A DNA stretch of 64,000 bases, taken from assembly GCA_964106645.2 (NCBI GenBank), contig OZ067041.1, one strand, 5' to 3'. The translations under genes were made by a program, and so were the position numbers. Positions 1 to 12,600 of this stretch are shown here, piece by piece. Position 1 is the first letter of the stretch; each line of letters opens with the position of its first letter. The DNA is from Podarcis pityusensis. Taxonomy: Eukaryota. Under the pieces are notes generated by a model. The model did no database searches and was not told the DNA's origin. It saw only the letters and a program-made list of their open reading frames with translations.

Positions 1-1167
1 CATACTTTCTCATCTGCTCTAAAAGAGGAGGAAGAGGATCCATTAATGTTGGCGTTATCACGGGCACATACAGTATGAAGCAGAACAAATGGATTCACAG
101 GAAATGGTTGATTGCTTAGTTTCTGAAAAGATAAATGACACTGAATCAGTAACATCTAGTCCATTATAGAAAACAGTTATCTTTCTGCCCGTGAAAATTA
201 CCTGTAATTTTTGCCATTAAAAGCTAACTCTACTTAAATGCACACAGGAGGACTCTCTGGGACTAGGTGAACGTTTTGAATCTTGGTGGATCTATTTCAG
301 AAACAGTTTTGCTAGGGTTGACATACTCCAAAAAGTAGAAACCAGGACTCCTAAGTTGTTGAGCTTTTTTTAGACAAACCCCTAAGTTTGAGGGTTGTGG
401 TTTTTATTTTTTGGGTGTTTTTTTTTACAAAAACACAAATAAAAATGTGATTTTTCAATTAACTTGCTTAAGATCCAGGACAAAGCGTCACCTTTCGGTG
501 ATTCCCCCTGGATGTCAATTCCGTCTTTGAAATCCCAGACATATGGCTGCCCTAGTTTTGCTCTCTCTTCCACAAAACCAGTTTGTTTTGTCAAATATTA
601 AACTTTTTGCCAATTCACATTCACTATTCTATATTAACATTCTATATCCTTCTATGCTTTTACATGTATTCTATTCTTCTATTCCCTGTGATACCTGAGT
701 GCCCAACAATCTCTCTATTATTTAGGCAGAGTGCACAATAATTCAGGTTTACTGCTGCATTGCTCTGAGCCAGATATGTGACAAGGTGACTTGTCTGAGA
801 CATAAGAAAATGCCCATCTAGTCTAGCATCCTGTTCTCACAGTGGATAAACAGATGCCTGTGGGAAATATACAAGCGTCCTGTAGCAGTAGGTTCCATAA
901 CATAACTAAATTTCAATTGTGCTTAACGTTTCAGCATTCTAGTTCATTGGAGGTCCACAAGTTCTAGCATGGGGTAGGGGCATTTCTCTGTCCACTTCCT
1001 CCACGCCGTCCATAATTTTATAATGTCTGTTACGTCACTTCTTACTCATCCTTTCTCCAAACGACAAAGTCCCAAATGCTGCAACCTTTCCTCACGGAGC
1101 AGTTGATATAATAAGTAAAACAGTGACGATCAATGTCTTCACTGTCCAAGCGATCTCTTCTGTGTCG

Positions 1168-1471
1168 TCATCATCATCATCATAATTTATTTATACCCCG
1201 CCCATCTGGCTGGGTTTCCCCAGCCACTCTGGGCGGCTTCCAACCGAATATTAAAAACAATACAGCATCAGACATTAAAAACTTCCCTAAACAGGGCCGC
1301 CTTCAGTTGTCTTTTAAAAGTAAAATAGTTGTTTATTGCCTTGACATCTGCTGGGAGGGCATTCCACAAGGCAGGCGCCACACCAAGAAGGCCCTCTGCC
1401 TGGTTCCCTGTAACCTCACTTCTCACAGGGAGGGAACCGCCAGAAGGCCCTCGGCGCTGGACCTCAGTGTC
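1168..1471 (-). mobile_element. L2-type LINE 3' end
   Basis: Reverse complement of the copy at 33997-34350 (GGCTGGGGAAACCCAGCCAGATGGGCGGGGTATAAATAA plus a trinucleotide tail). Confidence 0.75.
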
Positions 1472-2647
1472 AAAACAATAAGCAGGATGCTGCAGGGGGA
1501 AATTGAAGAAAGTGCTGTGCTTGCAAGCACCCTATGGGTATCTGGTTGGCACCTGTGAGAATACGATGCTGGACAAGACGGGCCTTGGGTCTGATTCAGC
1601 AGAGCATCTTTTATGTTCTTAGCTGCCAGAAATGGCAAGAAATCTTCAAAGACAGAGAGTCCTAATAGAGAGTTTCTGAATGTTTCCAGTAGCAGGCCTT
1701 GAGCCTGGAATACATGAAGTAGTAATAGAAGAAGAAAATGCTTCTAAATATGTGTATAGCAGCTTTCCAATATTATCTCTCCTATCCCCAAACATTTGTC
1801 AGTAAGCTGGATATGTGACCATTTACCAAGCGGTAGCACAGTGTGCATGTTTAGTAAGCCTGTGTTACCCTGCCAGGTTGTAAAAACAATTTTACCCTAC
1901 ATCAAGTTCAGGAGTGTAACAAAGGGGTCATCTGTGACGTCCTATAAAATGCCTGACACATACCAGTGTCACTTTTAAAACAAACAAACAAACAAACAAT
2001 AACCTATTTTTTATTTTTTTAAAAATCAGTATTTATATTTTCTATAACTTAAATTATTCAGACTAGCACACATAAAAAATGGTCACTGAACAACACCAAA
2101 CTAGTCTAAAGGTTTTCCAATTAAGCAACAGTGAATATCTCTCTGTCTAAAGTTTTCAAAAGGGTTAGGTGTGTTCCACTGTTTGACATTTTTGAAACAA
2201 CTTCTAAATGTTTTGACAGCTTTATTTATAGAGCTACAGTACCTGGATCTTACACACTTTTTGGAAGGAACCAAAAGTTGGGATTTGGTATGCATACAGA
2301 TGATTACAAGAGTTTGAAAACAGGGCACTGTTCTACCAGAAATGTGTATCGGCTGGTGCTGCCAAAAGCATAATGAATTCATGAGTCTTAAAGATGCTTT
2401 GGACATCAAATCTGAGGTTCTTAGGCAAAAGGAAGCAAAGGTATGAGAGGCATCTGAAAGCCCAGCTCCTTCCAACAGCCTGTGTCTCTGCCAGCTCTAC
2501 TCCTTTGTCTCAGAACTGGGAGGGAGGGAAGATTGCAGGATCATGTGGTTGCTAAGTTAAAGGCCTTGCTTCTCTCGGCCCCACCCCAGCCAGCCATGCC
2601 CAGCAGGTAGGCTCCTTCAGAGAAGACCTATATCTCAAGAAATCCCC

Positions 2648-2864
2648 TGGGATCTTACCTACTCATACTAGATCCCTGATGCACCTCTTTTTAGCACGCT
2701 AGCAGCAACGAGACTGGGAAGAGCAACAAAAGGAGACATGAAGAATATTGCTGACAAGTGCCTGGCGTGATCTTCTTCCTGCCTTCTTTCCCTGCCCCCT
2801 CCCTGCCTCCTTGGAGCTGGAAAGGAAGTGTCTGGGGGACCTAGTGTGAGGAGGTAAGATCCCA
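2648..2864. mobile_element. Degenerate MITE-like inverted repeat
   Basis: Arms TGGGATCTTACCTACTCATACTAGATCCC and GGGACCTAGTGTGAGGAGGTAAGATCCCA match at 26 of 29 positions. Confidence 0.5.
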
Positions 2865-4705
2865 TGAGCTTTCTTAAAATCTAAAGCCTTTATCTTCCCC
2901 TTTCAAAGGTGAGCCACCATCCCACCACAGGCTTGAGACCACCTATTCCATTAGTCTGTTATCTAGTCATGACCTTGCTTTTTCAGAAGTGGGGTTTCTG
3001 CCCATGTTACTTTCTTATGTAATATCAACCTGAAAGGAAGTCCCCCCCCCCCCATGACTAATTCATTCAATGGTTTATGATCCATAGTAAAGGCCATTTG
3101 GTCAAGAACTGAATTTCAGGTTGAAGCCGTTTCCTGGCACCCTTTCTACGAATGAGTAAGCACCTTATGCTGAGCTTAGTCTAAAATGCTGGGACGTGTT
3201 TACACTTGGGTGCTCTTAATTTTTATTTAGGGGGTGTCACCACCTTGACACTGGGTGGCATCCCTCACTAAATCCCATTTGAGTGCATCTGTGTATATTT
3301 GTTTACAAATGGTGCTTTAAATGGTTTATGTTAAAACAAGGGCGTTTGGTGAAACTTCCTAAAAACAAGATTGAAACAAAATGATACGGCTCAAATAAAA
3401 CGGAGTGGTGTACAAAACAGAGAATGAAAAGGTCACAAGAATCTGAATCAGTGGAAGCTTGGGGCAACCGTTGGTGTTTAAGAGGAGTTTAGAATATATC
3501 ATTGTCTCTGCCTCGTGAATTGTCTGGTGTGGGTGCTGTCCCTGAGAAGACTCTGTCCCACGTTGTCACCAAATGACGATCTGCTGGTTTGGGACAATGT
3601 GTTGCTTTGGGGTCCCTGCACTATAAAGGCTCCTCCCTCCACATGCCTGTAATCCTCTTCACATGTTCTGTGCAAGTACACTAAGTAGAAATTGAAGGAG
3701 GAAGGGGATCGCAATTGCAAACCTTCCCCTGACACATATATGCTCAGTTGAATGTGGGGAGTGACACTAAAAGAAACCATCACATTGCCCAATTATGTGG
3801 CCAGAACCGACCCAGCCAGATGGGCGGGGTATAAATAATGAATTATTATTATTATTATTATTATTCCAGTCAGTCAGCCATGCCTGTACCCAGGATACTC
3901 CATTACCCTCCTCATCCATTTTGCCACCATTCTGACAGCTGGTTTGCATTCCATGACAACTGAGCAGGCTCATTAGGCTGTCTTTTGACTCCCCTCCTTT
4001 TCAGGGTTCCCTCCCCAGATATTTTCTATTTCTACAAACTTAAGGGCTCCACCAGGCGGTTGATAGTTTCATCTTGTGTATGAGTGGTCCATTTTGCATA
4101 CATAAGCGCTGGCACTTTACACCTGCACATCAGAATCAGAAGGTATAATGTTCAGAAGCAAAACCTGAATTGTGGAAAATTGCAGCTGCCTTTGATTTGC
4201 AGTTTTTTATAGCGAAAAACAGGCACTGTTGAAAAGACTGGATAGCTTTACCTTGAGCATAATGAAAGCAGACATAATGCAACTGTTCCTACATTGCTCT
4301 GCCAATTCTCATCATTCAATCCTGATGTATAGCCCCTTCTCCCATTTTAAGTTTACTGTCAGTTATGTGAAACGCGGTCAAAGACCAGACTGTCAGACAT
4401 ATCAATGTGTAGGATTAAGGCTGATGTTTTACTCTGGAGGCTAAGAGCTATTCCAACAAATGGAATAATGGCATGAGCTACCTGTGCTACTCAGTCCGTT
4501 CACATTTTCCAAAAAGAGCTGTTGTGATAGGCTGTGCTTAGTTCCTAAATGAGAAGAGCACTGAGTCACGATTTCTGATGCCCTTCCAGGTGTGTGGAAG
4601 CTTGAACGGGAAATATATTCTTAAATATTTCAGAGTTGCGGGTTGGGAATAAATACTTTTATTTGTATACATCATTTAATGTACTTTACAATTTAATTAA
4701 ATTAA

Positions 4706-5092
4706 GGGACGTGGGTGTCATGTAGTCTAAACCACAGAGCCTCTAGGGCTTGCTGATCGGAAAGTAGGTGGTTCAAATCCCCACAATATACCGTAGTGAG
4801 CTTCCGTTGCTCCGCCCCAGCTCCTGCCAACCTAGCAGTTTGAAAACACACCAGTGCAAGTAGATAAATAGGTACCGCTGTGGCGTGAAGGTAAACGGCG
4901 TTTCTGTGTGCTCTGGCTTCCGTCACGGTGTCCCATTGAGCCAGTAGCAGTTTGGTCATGCTGGCCACATGACCCAGAAAGCTGTTTGTGGACAAACGCC
5001 GACTCCCTTGGCCTGAAAGCGAGATGAGCGCCACACACCATAGTCGCCTTTGACTGGACTTAACCATCCAGGGGTCCTTTACCTTTTTACCT
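4706..5092 (+). mobile_element. Sauria SINE (Squam1-type), diverged and longer subfamily
   Basis: tRNA-like head GGGACGTGGGTG with B box GGTTCAAATCC; core GTGCAAGTAGATAAATAGGTACC; ACCTTT tail; TTAAATTAA on both flanks. Confidence 0.9.
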
Positions 5093-6583
5093 TACGTTTA
5101 AATTAACTGATGATGCTACAGTGTGTTTGGATAACTAATTTTTTTCCTTGAATTCTACCTTTTAATTGTCTCATTATTTATCCACAACACAAAGCCCTGT
5201 TTTGTTTTGTTTTATCATGGTTTCTTCAACACACTAGGAACCATTCCACAAATGAGGAAACAAACCACAACTTATTTCACTGCCCGCCCTACTAGGGTAC
5301 TGATTGGCCCATTTGAAATTAGAAGTTTGGCGGGTAATCCCCCCCCCACTTGTCCAGCCGTGGCTATTACTGACATCAGCCGGCCCCACAGGTGATCCTC
5401 ACCCCACCCACCCCAGCTCTCCGCCAACCCCAATCTGAATCGCCACTGCCCACATAGGGTAAGTGGTTTTATCTGTACTTTAATAATAGTAGTAATAATA
5501 ACAAACTGCCAAAAGAAGAACACAGGATCCTCATACATTGCAGTCACCGCTGTCTTATAATATGCCAGTCTCCTCCTTTTCCCCTTGCTCAGTGAGCCTT
5601 AGAGAGGCTCACGAGTGTTCGTTGCTCCTCTCTGTTTTCATTTAATTATAGTTGGGGAGTTGCCAGCCATTTTTCCTTGAAGGGCCACTAAGTTAATAAG
5701 TTTGTATTCAGGTAAAAAAAAAAAGCAAACTACCAAGTGTAATATTAAGTCCCTAAACAGAAACGGATAGGTGGGGGTGGGGGTGAATAGAACAGTGTTG
5801 GTTTGAATGGGGTTTTGCTTTGTTTACCCTTCATCATGTGTCGTCTTGAGTTCATCTGTGGTCAAGATATTAAAATGAAATAAAGAAGCTCTGCCTAACA
5901 CTGTGCTTTTTCATGCCATAGGGAGTATAAAGGAGCAGTTGGAAACAGCTCTCCAAACATGTGGTTTTAATATTCTTGTGGTATGTGGTGCAAAAACTTC
6001 TGTGCAGAAAGGATTCAGCTTGCCATTTCTGCGTGTAGTCATGCTTTTTTTGAATGTTTGTGATGGTATGTCTAAAAACAAATTAATTTGTGCCTTGTGA
6101 TAAAGGCATTGCAGACAGCGCTAACCCCCCCTCTCTTTCTCTCTTTCTCTGTTATAAATCCCCTGAAGGCACAGTTTGCTGAGCTAGTAAAACTGGCTCT
6201 TTCTGTCTTGTTTTTTTGGCAACTGAGAAGTTCCTTTCTTATAAAAACAGAAGGCAAACTCGCTGATTGGACATGGTCCTGGAAAGGATATGACATCAGC
6301 CACATCCCTCACTTTGTTCTCTGTGCCCGAAATCTTCATGTACTTTTTAACCCAGTCAATGAAGAGGTGTTCTGTTAAGCTGGAGTGCCCAGGTATTTGG
6401 GTTCCTGTAAACTTGATGCTAGCACTGAAGCCTTGGTCTTCTGCAAAATGTTCTTCACTTGCACACACACTGCTTAATAAATGACTCATAGAACTTGGGA
6501 TATTTTTTTAACAGGCGAGATGGAATTTGAACTCTTCTCAGCTGTGAAGTGAAATCACAGTAGCCAGACTGTCCGGTGTCGCA

Positions 6584-6677
6584 ATGGATGTGGAAGGGGC
6601 AAATGCGAACGCTGGCATATCCCAGAGATCAGAAAGCCAGCCTCATCCAACATACCTACCTAATCTACTGATGGGAG
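6584..6677 (+). CDS. ASB9: ASB9 coding exon 1 (MDVEGANANAGISQRSESQPHPTYLPNLLMG)
   Basis: ATG in the context GCAATGG; donor G|GTAAGT at 6678; phase 1 joins exon 2 to give LMGD. Confidence 0.88.
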
Positions 6678-9600
6678 GTAAGTAATAATGCTGTTTTTAC
6701 AAAAGGGAAGGGAAGAGATTGTTTCAAAGTGGAGGTGGAAGGATCATAGCTGCTCAATGAGAGTTAATGTATAGAATTATGTCTTTAGAACATTTCTATA
6801 CCACCTTTCAGAATAGTTTAGCAATGCAAATAAAAAACAATAAAATGCAGCAAAAAGCAAATGTAAATGTGAAAAGCACCACAGTGCTTAAAATAACAGA
6901 GTGATCTATGTAATTTTAAAAGCATATGGGAGGTAGTTAAAAAGCCTAGATGAATGGAAAAGTTAAGGTGTTATCAGTCTAACTTATGACTTGTTTTGAA
7001 TCATTGCCACTAGATGTGAGCAAGCATACAATAAGTTAAGATAACTGGCAAACCGCTTTCACCAGCATTTTTTAAAAAATATAGAACATTTGGCATTTGT
7101 GATAAAGAATAGTTCTTTCGCAGTTAGGTGAATCGATATTTGCTCTTGTTGATTTAGAAACTGATTTAATGATACAGCATGTGAGCTGAACATGCTGCCA
7201 CAATGAATGAGTGCGTATTTAAGATTAGAAGTATGCGGGTTGAAGATACATATAGACATTCGCTTTACAAACATTCCTGTTTTACCAGATCTACTTTTAT
7301 GAAGATATATATATTATAATATTGTAACTGTCAGGAGTAGCTGACGGGGTGGGGCAGTGCCATGTCACTGCCTTCCCAAGAGAAGTGTTGTTGCTGCTAC
7401 TACTTACTGGGACAACGTGACGCTAGGGTAGATAGAAGTGAGACTCTATAGGTGTATACGGGAGGTGTTGCGGGATTTGTTCTACCAGAGTGACTCTGCA
7501 ACCCTGGCTTCACCAACCCTCCCACCTGTGCCCCAAACCCATCCTGGTAAACAGAAGTGACACTATGTGCACATAGAGTAGGGCCCACCTGCACTATAGA
7601 TTTAAAGCAAGTACAGTGGTACCTTGGTTGTCAAACGGCTTGGCTCCCAAACAAATCGGGTCCCGAATGCCGCAAACCCAGAAGTGAGTGTTCCTGTTTG
7701 TGAACGTTTTTTGGAAGCTGAATGTCCGACACGGCTTCCGCGGCTTCAGATTGAGTGCAGGAAGCTCCTGCAGCCAATCGGAAGCCGCGCCGTGGTTTTC
7801 AAACTGTTCTGGTAGTTGAACGGACTCCCGGAACGCATTACGTTCGACAACCAAGGTACCACTGTAGTGGCTTCCCCCGAAGTATCCTGGGAACTATAGT
7901 TTGTTAAGAGAGTTGTTATGAGACCACCCCCATTTTCCTAGCAGAACTACAATTCCCAGAGTTTTCCGGGACCAGGAATTGACTGTTAAGCTAATCTGAG
8001 AATTGTGGATCTATGATGGGATTTGGGGTCTCCTAACAACTCTCAGCACACTTAACAAATTAAACTTTGCAGGATTCTTTGAGGGAAGCCGTGGCTGTAT
8101 GATCCTGCTTCAAATATATAGTATAGATAGGGGCCTACTTCTGTTACCCTCAATATTCAGTTTAGTGGAGGAACGAGATCCACATTGCTTATTTAATTTC
8201 CAAGTGCCATAGCAATATACATTTCCCCCCCTTTTAATTCATCTGTCATTATTTTAAGCCTGTTCTCTGAGACTTAATTTAGATATAACTTTTATTTATT
8301 ACATTTGTACCCTGTCTACAAGCTCAATTTTATTTTTTTAAATCTCAGAATAGTCATGTGAGGTAGAACAGGATGAGAAGACTGGGTACTTTGCCAAATG
8401 CCAACTAAGGAATTTCATGGCCGAGGGCAGCGCTGTGCATTACAATCAGTGCAGGAAACACTGGTGTTAACATCAGCATTTCACGCAGCAAATATGCAAA
8501 TTGCGGCTAGGCATGTACATGTCTCTTTAAACAACCACATGCACGTGTATGGGAAATGAGAATTCCTGGATGCACATACACAATGCTTTGTGGCATCTGC
8601 AGTACATGCATTTCTTGCAGGGCAGTCCAGTGTAACCAGGGTGTTTTCCTGGAGCAAACGTAATGGGGGAGCTTCCCTGAATGAGGATTGGAACCTGGCT
8701 ATCTCACATCTTAACGCAAACAGTTTGGCTGCTGTACCACACTGCCTGTTATGTTTATGGAGGAATGTACAAATTGCAGCGGCAATCATGTTTTCCACAG
8801 TTGCACCAGAAATCCTAGAGGGAATCATAAAACGGCGTGGGAGGGTCAGAACAGCATGTGGGGGTGGCGAGGACAAGATCATTCTGTCTGGCAGGCAGCA
8901 GTGCATCGATGGAACATTCATGCAACATTCAACTCCACCCAGTATATTCATTTCACATATTTGATCAACGAATTCAGAAAATCATACATTGCAGCCTTCT
9001 CCTGCAGGTGGAGAATTACAAGCCTGAATGCTCCCCACTCTAAAAACAACCCATCCTTGTCCATGAAAAACTAGCATATGAAAGAGAAGAGTTATGGCCA
9101 GGCTTTCTCTCTGATATAGAAGCTTTCTTTATGCAGGAAGTTTATGGCATAGGGAAACATTTAATCCCACCCTGCATTCTGAAATGGAAAATGTGACGCC
9201 TCCTCATACTGAGTGGGACCATTGGTCCATAGAACTCAGTACTCCAGGGGTGAGGAACCTGTCACCTTCCAGATGTTGCTGAACTACAGCTTCCATCATC
9301 CCTGGCCATTGACTGTGCTGGCTGGGGCTGATGGGAGCTGGAGTCCAACGATATCTGGAGGGTCACAGTCTACTCTAACTAGCAGGATGTTTTCTGAGCG
9401 CCTGGAAGAGGCCTGTCCCATCACTTGGCACTTGCACATTTAGCTGACATTGAATTTGGGACCTTGCAAGGCATGATGTGATCTACCACTTAGCTACAGT
9501 CTTCCTTGGGTACAGTCTCACGAGGGTTCTATCACATGATGTTCTGCAGATACAGATTGGATCATAGCTGGCTGTAACCTTGGAAAATCCTTCACAGCAG

Positions 9601-12600
9601 ACAAGTAATTCTGTTTGCATTTTCCTTTTAGTTTCCCTGTTGATCTGATGGGGGAGGTGGTGATTTTTACATGGATAAGAGACATTGATGCTGAGTTCAG
9701 GATAACATATTATTTTTCAGGATGTTAAAAACAAACTGCTGACGTAGCTACTTAAGAAGAGGTGCCCAGGGCTTACAAAATTTAATCAACTTATTCAATT
9801 ATGATTTGCAAGTGACAGCAGCAAAATAGGGAGAAGTGTCCCCCAAATTAAGCAAGTTCAGCTCCCATTTAGAAAATAAAAGTTTTGTTTCAATTATTTT
9901 GTCTGAGCTAGTGTTTCCACTGTGGTCTCATGGTTGTCATTATTACATAGTCAAACGTTATTGAAACCTTTGAACAGTTGGACTCCAAGCACAGTCTTTA
10001 TGCTCTCCTGATTCTGATCAGTTGTGCAACACTGTTGATTTATCATCTACCTTGTATAGGTAATGCAACAGGTGAGCTATATCCTCATTAGAGGCAACCT
10101 ACTTCTCTTTGAGGATAGGGCAGAGGATGGTGGCCTGGACCTACTGCAATGCATGAAAATAGACCGCCATCAAGTCCGACACCCATAGCATGTAATAACA
10201 TAGTCCTCTGGTAACTGGCACCAGGTAATACCACCCAGGTGGCTAGATATATACCCTAAGGACTACATCAGTGGATCATCCTGTAGGTATTATATTCTAA
10301 TGTTAAAGGTAAAGGGACCCCTGACCATTAGGACCATTCGTGACCGACTCTGGGGTTGCAGCGCTCATCTCGCTTTATTGGCTGAGGAAGCCGGCGTACA
10401 GCTTCCGGGTCATGTGGCCAGCATGACAATGCCGCTTCTGGCGAACCAGAGCAGCGCACGGAAACGCCGTTTACCTTCCCCCCGGAGCGGTACCTATTTA
10501 TCTACTTGCACTTTTTGGGGTGCTTTTGAACTGCTAGGTTGGCAGGAGCTGGGACCGAGCAACGGGAGCTCACCCTGTCGTGGGGATTCGAACCGCGACC
10601 TTCCGATCGGCAAGTCCTAGGCTCTGTGGTTTAACCCACAGCGCCACCCGGGTCCATTATTCTAATGTTAAACCATTCATAATTTTAAAAATAACATATT
10701 CATTTGATGTTTTTCATGTCTGTGGCTAAAAGCTGGAAATTAAGATTTAGGTATGGAGCAGTAGATCAATTTATCTAAACTCCCCTCACTAATTTGTCAC
10801 AGATTAAGATACATCACAATGAATTGGTGTAGTTCAAATGTGTAGAGTGCTACAGTGCAACCCTATGCATGTCCAATAGAGTTTACTCCCAGGTAAGTAT
10901 GTAGAGAATTGCAACTTTACTCTTGGAATGTTGGGATTTTGGTTCAGATTCCCCATGAACATCACTGATTACTTTGAACCAGTTACTGGCTGTGTTTACA
11001 CATAATTCTAAGCCATACTTTGTTCAACAAACCATGAGTCATGTCACAAGCAAGTGAACAAGCAAGCCATGCCTTCTTTTCTCCAAATTCTGGCTTGTTT
11101 TCCAACTACTCTTGCCTTGTGCCGTTTTAGCTTTACAAGTGTCAGGGGTGAGGAGAACAGACTCACCATGGTTCAGCAAGGTTGTTGGGTTCAGATGTGA
11201 CACCAAACCATAGTAAAAACAAGGCAGAGTTCATAAGTCAACAAACAGTTACGGGGTTTTTTTGGCGGAAAACAAACTGTTATTATTTTACTGGGATGGG
11301 TTTGGACATTCAAACAAACCACAGTTAGGGTAAACAAGCCATGGCTTAATATTGTATGTGAACCAGGACACTTTGCCTCAGTCTAACCTCAGAGGTTGTT
11401 GCAATGATATAAGCATAAATGTGATTGGCCTGGAAGAGTTCTTGTCAATGAGAATGAGCAGAACTGAAAGAAAAGTATGAGGGCATGGATGAGATAAAAA
11501 AATGGAAAGGAGTAAAAAATAGTTAAGGAACAAGTTATTGAGAGGGTATTTTGATACCTTTTCAGGTTTCACTGTTTTGCTGAGCTGTGTTTCCAGTGAG
11601 CCATTATTGAGGATTTATGTTTGTTTAGCAGTTTGGTTAATGATCTGTCACAAAACATGGAAGAAGGAGTCTCCTCTCACAGATAGGTACTGCAGCATCT
11701 TTATTATCAAATTGAGCAGAAACCCATACATTGCCAGCAGCTGGACCTTCTCTCATGATGACATTCTGAATGGTATAGCAGTCTCTAAATCATTCCAGAA
11801 TGTAGCAGTTGCTGCTGCTGTTGTTATTAAACAATCAAAGTGCATGCTGTCCTTATTCTGTGGAGTTTACCAGCTAAAATCTGACCCAGGAGAAATAACA
11901 GAGGAAGGGAAGTAAAAACAGTATAGGCAGGCACACCTGGCATAATCTGTTGTTCTGCCTACTGGGTAATGCAAACAAGGAGAGTATATCAAGGTAGTAT
12001 ATATATGGATACTAGCCAAGCATCATCATTGAAGAGGAAAAGAAAAGAAAAGACATGCCAATGGATGTGCTATGATACTGACTTTTTATCTGTTTCTCTA
12101 GCATGCAACAGTTTGGTCTTCCCTCGAAGTTCATTGCCTTGAGATCAGGTTGACAGGTCGGGTAATAAAACACAATTGCTTTTGCTCACTGAAGCAAGGA
12201 TGAAGTAATCACATTTAAACACATGGATATCGCTTAACCTTTAAGAATCATTTTAGACAGTGTCAGATTTACTGAGCTACTTTCCCCAAACCAAGAGTAG
12301 ATAACTTCATTTAATCACATTCTTAAGCCTTGTTTCCCCTCTTAATGCAGATTTTGTTTCTGACTGGTCTCCTTTGCACGATGCTTCCATTCATGGGCGG
12401 CTGCTTGCTCTGAAGAAACTCATCCATCAGGTACTGCACCATTAGGGAGATAAACATTGAGTTTGCCTTGCTCATTAAGCCTCTTGTTGAAGGCACACTC
12501 CATTTTATGCAGTAAGGTAGCAAAGGTTTGACATATGTGTTGACCTGAAGGAGAACTAAAATGTAATGTTTTCAGAAAATGGTAGTCTTGTGAGCTATTC

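Noticed and set aside
5295-5460. CCAAT, CHR (TTTGAA) and E2F-like (TTTGGCGG) cluster resembling a cell-cycle promoter
   Set aside because: It lies in a short GC-rich block ending GAATCGCCACTG, like a DNA-transposon terminus; there is no CpG island or evidence of a transcription start.
1-6500. 3' exons of ASB11, the expected upstream paralogue by recalled amniote synteny
   Set aside because: I found no ankyrin or SOCS-box coding sequence; any such exons lie outside the window.
7329-7562. Possible solo LTR (TGTCA...TGACA)
   Set aside because: The flanks GTAAC and CTATG are not a TSD, and I see no poly(A) signal.
10300-10620. Recurrent similar ORFs (10300, 39424, 62585, 4702) suggesting a small gene family
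   Set aside because: They are antisense readings of Sauria SINE copies.
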